A stretch of DNA of 64,000 bases from Phycisphaerales bacterium (lineage in GTDB: Bacteria > Planctomycetota > Phycisphaerae > WQYP01), in NCBI GenBank assembly GCA_027451365.1, contig DAIDJN010000005.1, forward strand, positions 9,381 through 73,380. Direction: 5' to 3'. A model generated the notes under the pieces. That model did not search any database, had not been told where the DNA came from, and worked only from the letters and a program-made list of their open reading frames with translations. Each line of letters starts with the position of its first letter. Position 1 is the first letter of the stretch. This document shows positions 29,538 to 37,700 of this stretch, in pieces. Position numbers and translations under genes: made by a program.

Positions 29538-30128
29538 ATGAATGGAATGAATCCCAAGGTGGATGGATATGTGAGAAAATCCAGCGCATGGCGGGATGAA
29601 TTGGGAAAATTACGAACGATCCTTATAGGTTGCCAATTGACCGAAGAAGTGAAGTGGCGCCATCCCTGTTATACATTTGGCACTAGGAATATTGTGATAA
29701 CGGGACGATTTAAAGAATACTGCGCTCTTACGTTTGTTAAAGGCGCGTTGTTAAAAGATCCCCATGGCATTCTTAAAAAGCCCGGAGAGAATACCCGGAT
29801 TGCGCGCGTGATTCGGTTCACCGGAATCCAGCAAATATTGAATCTGGAATCCATTTTAAGAGACTATATTTACGAAGCGATTGAAGTGGAAAAAGCTGGA
29901 TTAAAACTGACTTTGATCACGAATTCAGACCTGATATTTCCGGCGGAATTTAAAAAGAAATTGGAGGACCTTCCCGCGCTCAAAACCGCTTTCGAGGCAT
30001 TGACACCCGGAAGACAAAGAGCCTACAACCTCTATTTTTCCGCAGCCAAGCAATCCAAAACCCGGCTGGCAAGGGTGGAAAAATGCATGGGACGGATTTT
30101 GCGCGGCAAGGGATTTAACGATCTTTAA
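29538..30128 (+). CDS. YdeI/OmpD-associated family protein (DUF1801)
   Basis: MNPKVDGY, EEVKWRHPCY, KGALLKDP and FEALTPGRQRAY...AKQSKTR. Confidence 0.93.
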   Translation: MNGMNPKVDGYVRKSSAWRDELGKLRTILIGCQLTEEVKWRHPCYTFGTRNIVITGRFKEYCALTFVKGALLKDPHGILKKPGENTRIARVIRFTGIQQILNLESILRDYIYEAIEVEKAGLKLTLITNSDLIFPAEFKKKLEDLPALKTAFEALTPGRQRAYNLYFSAAKQSKTRLARVEKCMGRILRGKGFNDL

Positions 30129-30362
30129 TTCCGCCAAATGTTTCGGGGAATGACATGCAATCGGATTGTCGTATCGGCATTTTATTATTCGCAAACCGCA
30201 GACCATCGGCCAAGCGGCATTTTCGCTCCGGGCGGTGGAATCAGGATGCTTTTCGCACCGGCGAGATTAGATAAAGCCAAAGCGCCAAAGCTGGGGCGAA
30301 TGTTCGTCGCCCGAGCCTTGGTTATTGGCTGTCTGCAAATCGACGAACCTTCGGGCCTAGCA

Positions 30363-31295
30363 TTACGGCAAAATGGCTGGAACGCCGGCCACTTCGCCAA
30401 AGGGCTTTTCCAGGCCATATACCAGCCGCGCGGCCCGCACGGTGTTGCGAAGCAACATGGCCACAGTCATGGGGCCGACACCGCCGGGAACCGGCGTTAT
30501 CCAGCCGGCAATGGGGTGCACGGAATCAAAATCCACATCGCCCACCGTGCGCCAGCCAGAGCGGCCTTGAGCGTCCACGGAGGCGACGCGGTTAATACCG
30601 ACATCAATGACCACGGCTCCGTGGCGAATGTGCCGCTGGTCAATGAGTCCGGGTTTGCCCACAGCCACCACCACCACATCCGCACGGCGGGTATGGGCAA
30701 TAAGATCGCGCGTGTGAATATCGCAAAGCGTGACGGTCGCACCGCGTTCAGAAAGTAAAAGCGCCGTCGGTTTGCCGGTGATGCGGCTGGCCCCCACCAT
30801 TGCCACTTCGCAACCGGCGAGCGGAATGCCAGTGGATTCAATTAACGTAACGACCGCCAGCGCGGTACAGGGGGCAATAATGGAATGGCCGTACACCACA
30901 TGGCCAATGTTACCGGGATTAACCCCCTCCACATCCTTGAGCAGATCAATGGCATATTGTGACTGTTGGGAATTAATTTGAGGCGGCAACGGCATGTGGA
31001 GCATAATCCCGGTAACAGACGTATCCCGTGCCAAGTCCCCAAGAAGGCCGTCAAGTTCCTGCTGCCGGACCGATTGGGGTAATTCGCGGAGGGTGTATTG
31101 AATGCCAAGTTCCCCACAGGTCCGGGCTTGATTTTCCGCGTACACGCGCGCCGCCGGCGACTGGCCGGCCAGCACGGCGACCAGCCGAATGGGCAGGCCT
31201 TCTTCACGAAGCTTGTGGACTTCGCGGGCAACATCCATTTTGATGCGGGCTGCGATGGCTTTACCATCAATTAATGCGGCATTTTGCGCCACCAT
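30363..31295 (-). CDS. folD: Bifunctional methylenetetrahydrofolate dehydrogenase/cyclohydrolase
   Basis: LIDGKAIA, KDVEG, PCTA, DVGIN and TPVPGGVGPMTVAMLL; AGGAG RBS before MVAQ. Confidence 0.96.
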   Translation of the reverse strand: MVAQNAALIDGKAIAARIKMDVAREVHKLREEGLPIRLVAVLAGQSPAARVYAENQARTCGELGIQYTLRELPQSVRQQELDGLLGDLARDTSVTGIMLHMPLPPQINSQQSQYAIDLLKDVEGVNPGNIGHVVYGHSIIAPCTALAVVTLIESTGIPLAGCEVAMVGASRITGKPTALLLSERGATVTLCDIHTRDLIAHTRRADVVVVAVGKPGLIDQRHIRHGAVVIDVGINRVASVDAQGRSGWRTVGDVDFDSVHPIAGWITPVPGGVGPMTVAMLLRNTVRAARLVYGLEKPFGEVAGVPAILP

Positions 31296-31498
31296 TCTGG
31301 TTCTCCTGCTTACCACCCGCGGCATGCGGAAGGCGAGCAAGGAAGTATAACAACAGGCTGCCTGAGGTTCACACCGCCGAAAAATTTGCCGGTGATGGCC
31401 TTGTCATAAGCCGCTGCAACCGGTAAAGTCCCGCATTCCGGTAGTTTTGATATATTCTGTAAATTTCGATTGTCATTTTTTTAATGGAATATTGACAC

Positions 31499-34108
31499 AT
31501 GCAAAGATTCCGGCAAACCTTAAGAAATAAAATCGGCGTCGCACAGTTTTTTTTATGCGGCGGACTGGCTATCACCGCGATGATTCTGGCCCTGGCGGTT
31601 CCGGGTTGCACGACTTCGTGCCGCTCTCCGGTCGGAGAAAGGCTGGATTCGTCCAACGAAGTCACCTTCACCAAATTGACCGCAGCGGAAATAGACGCCC
31701 GCGCCAACGCGCTGCTGGCTCGCATGACACTGGCCGAAAAAGTGGAACTGATGGCGTTTAAAGGTTCGCTGGATACACCGGGCATCAAGCGGCTTGGCAT
31801 TCCTGAACTTGTTATGAGCGACGCATCCGTCGGTGTGCGGCGGTTCTATCCGTCGGTGGCGTATCCAGCATCCATTTGCCTGGCGGCCACCTGGAATCCG
31901 GGGCTTGCCAGGCAAACCGGCGTGCAGTTAGGCCGTGACTGCCGTGCTCGAGGAATTTCCGTTCTGTTTGGCCCCGGTGTGAACATCATGCGGGAAAGCC
32001 AGGGCGGCCGCAATTTTGAATTTATGGGTGAGGACCCGTTTCTGACCAGTCGGCTGTCAGATCAATGGATAGAAGGCCTGCAGTCCCAGCGTGTGGCGGC
32101 GTGCGTGAAGCATTTTGTGGGAAATGAACAGGAAACCAACCGTTTTGTCATTAATTCCGTTGTCAGCCGCCGCGCGCTGGAGGAAATTTATCTGCCGCCA
32201 TTCCGCGATGCGATTGTCAGGGCGCACTGCTGGACGATAATGGCGGCTTACAACCAGTTGAATGGCACGTATTGTTCAGGCAATCATTTCCTGCTGACGG
32301 ATCTGTTACGGAATCGCTGGGGGTTTAAGGGCGTGGCGATGTCGGACTGGGATGCGACCCACAGCACACTTGGGTCGCTGAAAGCCGGGCTGGACCTTGA
32401 AATGCACTCACCTAAATATTACAATATGACTACGATTCCGCCTCTGCTTGAATCCGGCCAGTTATCGATAAGCAATATCAACACCCACGTGCGGCGCATG
32501 TTGCGCATGATGATTGCGATGGGCTTCATAGGCCACCCGCAAAAAAAATCCTGTATTCCGCTGGATAATCCGGCAGGAGAGGCCGCCGCCATGAAAACGG
32601 AAGCACAGGGTGCGGTGCTGCTGAAAAATGCGGGGCATTTTCTGCCGCTGACGGCCAAATCAATCAAATCCATTGTGGTTCTCGGTCCCATGGCGTCACC
32701 GGCGGTCACCGGAGGCGGTGGCAGTTCCTATGTCCGTCCGATCGGCCGGCCCGTGAGCATGCTGGCGGCCATCCGTAAGGCCGCTGGACCGGATGTGACG
32801 GTACATTATATTCCTTACCCCGGAAAATCAGCGGCATTCCAAAGGCAGCCGAAATGGCAAACCAATTCCGGCAAACCAGGATTGATGCTGCGAATTTACA
32901 ATCAGTACATTACCAACAACAACCTGACCATTACCACCAAACCGATCAGCCAGCGGATTGTCAGGCGGCTGGGCACACCGCTGGAATTGTCGGCCAACGT
33001 ACCGCTGCCGGCCAACTTTTCCGCCGTCTGGACCGGAGAGTTCATTCCCGCCCATACCGGCGAATACATGATGAAAATGCTCTGCAACGGCGGCGTGGAT
33101 ATTTATATCAATGACACATTGATTGTGGAACAATGGCGGCCGGCCCCGCTGATTCCGTATCTCAATGCGTTTCATTTTATTAGTGGCCATGTGTACCACA
33201 TAAAGTTCCTGATGCATCCGACCGGCGCGCCATCCACCTATGTGACTTTCGGCTTGCACCGGCTGACTGGTCCGTTGCTGGCCAAACGCTATGACGCACA
33301 AATACGCGCCGCCGACGCGGTGGTTGCCTGCGTCGGCTACGGCCCGCGCATTGAACGGGAAAATCTGGACAGAACGTACCAACTGTCCGCGGATCAGGAT
33401 GAATACCTGCGAGAGGTTTCACGGCTGAATCATCGCACCTTGGTCGTGGTGAATGCCGGCGCCGGCATTGCCATGCACAAATGGATTCATCAGGTAGATG
33501 GCCTGTTGTATGCCTGGTATCCCGGCCAGAACGGCAACACTGCGATAGCCGATATTATTTTTGGCGGCATTAATCCCTCCGGACATCTGCCCGACACTTT
33601 CAGCCGACGCCTTCGTGACGAACCGGCGTATGGCCATTTTCCGGGTCACCACGATACGGTTCATTTTAAGGAAGGGATTTTCGTCGGCTACCGATGGTAT
33701 GACAAAAAGAAAATTACCCCGCGTTATCCCTTTGGTTTCGGGTTATCCTACACAACCTTCGCCATGAATCATCTGGCATTGGCGGCCACTGGCGGCGGAC
33801 GGCAACGCGTGATTGCCGCGGCCATTGCGGTCACAAACACGGGCAAGCGTGCCGGCGCGGATGTGGTGCAGTTTTATGTGCGTCCACCCCATGGATCGGT
33901 GGTACGGTGCGTGCAAAATTTAAAAGGCTTTAAGCGTGTGAATTTGCAGCCCGGCCAGACGAAAATTGTAACTGTCGCTCTGCGTTGGCACGACTTCGCG
34001 TTTTACAATACCAAACTGGGCCGCTGGCAGGTGCCGCATGGAAGTTATGGAATTGCGGTGGGCGATTCGAGCCGCCACATTGTGGCCACCGGCGAGGTGA
34101 AATGGTGA
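31499..34108 (+). CDS. GH3 beta-glucosidase with PA14 insertion and FnIII domain, exported
   Basis: MTLAEKV, GGRNFEFMGEDP, KHFVGNEQE, nucleophile MSDW, PA14-like FSAVWTG, EGIFVGYRWYD and YPFGFGLSYTTF. Confidence 0.95.
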   Translation: MQRFRQTLRNKIGVAQFFLCGGLAITAMILALAVPGCTTSCRSPVGERLDSSNEVTFTKLTAAEIDARANALLARMTLAEKVELMAFKGSLDTPGIKRLGIPELVMSDASVGVRRFYPSVAYPASICLAATWNPGLARQTGVQLGRDCRARGISVLFGPGVNIMRESQGGRNFEFMGEDPFLTSRLSDQWIEGLQSQRVAACVKHFVGNEQETNRFVINSVVSRRALEEIYLPPFRDAIVRAHCWTIMAAYNQLNGTYCSGNHFLLTDLLRNRWGFKGVAMSDWDATHSTLGSLKAGLDLEMHSPKYYNMTTIPPLLESGQLSISNINTHVRRMLRMMIAMGFIGHPQKKSCIPLDNPAGEAAAMKTEAQGAVLLKNAGHFLPLTAKSIKSIVVLGPMASPAVTGGGGSSYVRPIGRPVSMLAAIRKAAGPDVTVHYIPYPGKSAAFQRQPKWQTNSGKPGLMLRIYNQYITNNNLTITTKPISQRIVRRLGTPLELSANVPLPANFSAVWTGEFIPAHTGEYMMKMLCNGGVDIYINDTLIVEQWRPAPLIPYLNAFHFISGHVYHIKFLMHPTGAPSTYVTFGLHRLTGPLLAKRYDAQIRAADAVVACVGYGPRIERENLDRTYQLSADQDEYLREVSRLNHRTLVVVNAGAGIAMHKWIHQVDGLLYAWYPGQNGNTAIADIIFGGINPSGHLPDTFSRRLRDEPAYGHFPGHHDTVHFKEGIFVGYRWYDKKKITPRYPFGFGLSYTTFAMNHLALAATGGGRQRVIAAAIAVTNTGKRAGADVVQFYVRPPHGSVVRCVQNLKGFKRVNLQPGQTKIVTVALRWHDFAFYNTKLGRWQVPHGSYGIAVGDSSRHIVATGEVKW

Positions 34109-34192
34109 AGCCGTGGCCAATTCACTTATAAAATGGATGTGACTTTGGCAGGCGAACCTCCAGGCAATCGAATCTGCGGAAAATCGATCACA

Positions 34193-34585
34193 TTCGGGCG
34201 AATTGGAGATTTCAGGGCAATCGCATGTAGAATTCCCCCCCCAATAACTCGCGCCCGCGCAAGGTATTTATAAAAGGCATTTCTTGTGAGCAGGCCCTTG
34301 CATCAGGAACTTTGTCATGACGCAGGTTTTTCCTTATTTGTGGGGAAGTGAAAAGATGGCGTCATAACAGGCGTTTTGGGGTGCCTGTGCGCCAGTGGCC
34401 GCAGATGGATAATGACGTTGTCATTTCCGCCAGGTTATCCTGACTTCCCCCGTCGGGGAACCCAAAGCCATGAGTCTCCGGTGTAAACGCAAGCGTTGTG
34501 GCCGAAGCACGCACTACCTGTTCCAAACCCGGCCCGCCTGATTCCACATGCGATTGCCCTGTTGGATATTTCCAGTTCGCCTGAA
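34193..34585 (+). ncRNA. Inverted-repeat-bounded structured element (element B): candidate ncRNA, MITE or invertible segment
   Basis: ~40-bp imperfect inverted repeats at 34193-34233 and 34541-34585, with a perfect 16-bp core CAGGGCAATCGCATGT. The interior folds into nested stems. Shares a loop motif with element A. Confidence 0.5.
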
Positions 34586-34733
34586 ATTTGTTGGCAATTT
34601 AACCGCAGATCAACTACAACCAACAGTATCTAGAGGCCTTTTAGTTACAATGGCGAGTACGCCCAGTTATTGAGTACTGCCGTGGCAAAGTGTACGATGT
34701 ACGCGCCCGGACCTGCAAAAAAGGGAGAAAACC

Positions 34734-37700
34734 GTGACATCAACAGCGATTTTGTCGTCAAAATTGATCCCCCGTCGGGGCAGGATGCTGGTATTTCTGG
34801 CGGCCGCCATGAGTCTGACCGTGGGCAGATCGACTTGCCTGCAAGCCGACACTGTGAACCTCGTACAGGTAACGGGACAGAATGGCACATTAACTTCCGA
34901 CGCTCAGGATGCCCAAGCCAATGCGACTTCCAGCGCACCGAGTAATACAGCTATTGCCAAAGCTGGAAGTGGCGGTATTTTTCCACAAAATACCGATGCG
35001 ACTAATGGCGAGATAAATGGGGGTACAGCCAATGCAGTTGCCGAAGACTCAAATTTTCAGGCTATCAACAGCTCAGCTATTAATTCCATTGCACAAGCGG
35101 TTGGCGGAAACGGTGGGAGCGCCATGTATCTTTCCGGTAGCCAAATCGTTGGAGTGCCAGGTACGGGCGGAGTTGCTGAAGCCAGCGCACTTGCGAACAA
35201 TGCGGTATTAAATGGAAATTCCACAGCCGATATTTTCGCCCACGGGGGAACGGGCGGCTATGTCACATATACGGATTCGTCCGGAACGATTCGTTCTGAA
35301 GGCAACAGCGGCGGTAACGCCTACATATCCGGCGGCTCTTACGCCGTTGGCAATGGAACCGCAAATTTGGAGGCCATTGCCAATGGGGGTAACGGTGGAA
35401 CTGGCCAGAGCGGATTGAATGCCGGAATGGGCGGTACCGCACAGCTTGGCACACTTTTTGGCCAATCTGACAAGGGAAACGTCAACGTTTCAGCTACAGC
35501 CACAGGGGGAAATGGAAGCACCGGGAGCAGCGAAATTCTCAGCAATGCCGTGGCTGGCCAGACAAATGGCAACCTATCTCTATCCCAAACTGCGGTTGGT
35601 GGCTCATCGTATCGCTCCGGAGTCGCCGGAGGCAATGCACAAAGCAGTTTGAAAGTAAACGACAGTCCATTGGCATCTGGCTCACCTATTTTAACACCAT
35701 CTAATTTAACACTCACCGTTGTAGCAACAGGTGGAAATGGCGGGCCACCAAGCCCCGGGGGGACTGTTGGGGGCGCAGGCGGCAGTGGTCAGGTCAGTGC
35801 GGTCGGCATCCTGCTTGGACGAAGAAATGTCACGATCAACGCCACGGCCACGGGCGGCAATGGATTACTCGGTGGCGGTATAGCGCTGAGCACAAATGGC
35901 GCAGGAGCCGGTGGGATCGCTGAGCTTGGCATGCTTTTTGGCCGATCTGACATGGGAAATGTCAGTGTTTCCGGCACGGCCATTGGAGGCAATGGAAATA
36001 GCGGTGCCGCAGAGAATCTCTCCAATGCGGTCAATGGCCAGACGGCGGGAAACCTTTCCCTTTCCCAGACAGCTGTGGGTGGAAATTCACTGGATGCGGG
36101 TGCCAGCGGCGGCTATGCCAGCAGTTTGCTGAATGAGGATTATTCAACAGGTACTATAATCGTCGCCCCGTCCAGTCTTTCACTGACCGTTGCGGCTACA
36201 GGTGGCAATGGTGGCCCCGTCGGCAACGGGAATGCTGGAGTTGTCAGCGCCACTGGAATACTTACCGGTGCCGGGAATGTAACCATTAACGCCAATGCCA
36301 CGGGTGGCAATGGCGGCGTCGACATTAATGCAGGCATATCAAATGGATATATGTTTGGCGCCGGTGGCGCGGGCACATTGGGCAGTATTCTTGGCCAGTC
36401 GGGAACCGGCAATGTATGCGTTTCCGGAATCGCCACTGGCGGCGGTGGAAATGGTGGTATTCAGGAGATTCTTTCTGATTCGGTCAATGGCCAGACGGCG
36501 GGAAACCTTTCCCTTTCCCAAACCGCCATTGGTGGTACGGCAGTGGCTGCTGGCACCAGCGGCGGATATGCCAGCAGTTCGCTGATGAAGGATTATTCAC
36601 AGGGCAATACGATTTCGCCCGCCAATTTATCCCTGTCGGCCATCGCCACCGGAGGCAACGGTGGTGCGGGTTTTGCAAGCGGACTGGCAGCTATTCCAGG
36701 TGGCAATGGCGCCAATGGTCGGGCGAGTGCCGAGGGAATTCTGGCCGGCGGCGGAAATGTGAGCATTAACGCGATTGCCACCGGCGGTAATGGGGGAGCC
36801 GGTGTAAATCCGGTTATATCCAACCGCGGCATTGGAGACGCTACGTTACCGGGTCAGGCGGGCACTGGTTCACTTGGCAAAATTTTGGGTGAATCAGGTA
36901 CAGGAAATGTCAGCGTCTCCGGCACTGAAATGGACGGAACGGGCGCAGTTGGCGCGAGTGTTGAATTAAATAATGCAGTCGAGGGTCTAACTACAGGAGG
37001 CCTTTCTCTTTCCCAGACAGCAGTGGGCGGAAATTCACTGGATGCCGGCGCCAGTGGAGGATATGCCAGCAGCAGATTGAATTCGGTTTATTTTGCCAGC
37101 CAGACCAATGCTCCATCGAATATTTCACTGGCCGTGTCTGCTACCGGCGGCAATGGCGGTGCCAGATTTGCATATGGGGGAAGTGCCACAGTCGCCGGCG
37201 CGGGGGCCAATGGGAATGCCAGTGCCGAAGGAATTTTAGCAGGCAGTGGCAATGTCACGGTCAGCGCCACGGCAATTGGAGGTAACGGAGGCGCAGAAAC
37301 CTTTGGGACCGCCTTGGGAACTTACGGAGTTGGGGGAATTGGCCAATTTGGTACATCACAAACTTATGGCCAATCCGATACCGGAAATGTGACGGTATCG
37401 GTAACCGGCATTGGGGGCAATGGACAACATGGTGCTGATGAAAATCTAAATAATGTTGCTGCAGGCCAGACTACGGGCAATCTTTCTCTTTCTCAAACGG
37501 CCATCGGTGGCAATGGTGAAGGCTCCGGCGGGAATGGTGGAATTGCCAACAGCGCGTTAAATGAAGGTTACAATAATTCCGGCGAAATTAATCCGTCTGG
37601 ACTTACCCTGAATGTGGATGCCACCGGCGGAAATGGGTCAGCGGCATATTTTGACACCGCGTCACCAGCGGACAGCACGCTGGCTGGGGATGGCGGCAAC

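Noticed and set aside
34387..34420. GTGCGCC as a group II intron 5' end, and the inverted repeats as retron a1/a2
   Set aside because: No domain V/VI and no reverse transcriptase anywhere in the window.
34433..34540. Canonical c-di-GMP-I riboswitch call
   Set aside because: It has a P2-like hairpin followed by CAAAGCC but lacks the GNRA tetraloop/receptor and the usual P1/P3 3' strand. Kept only as a hypothesis.
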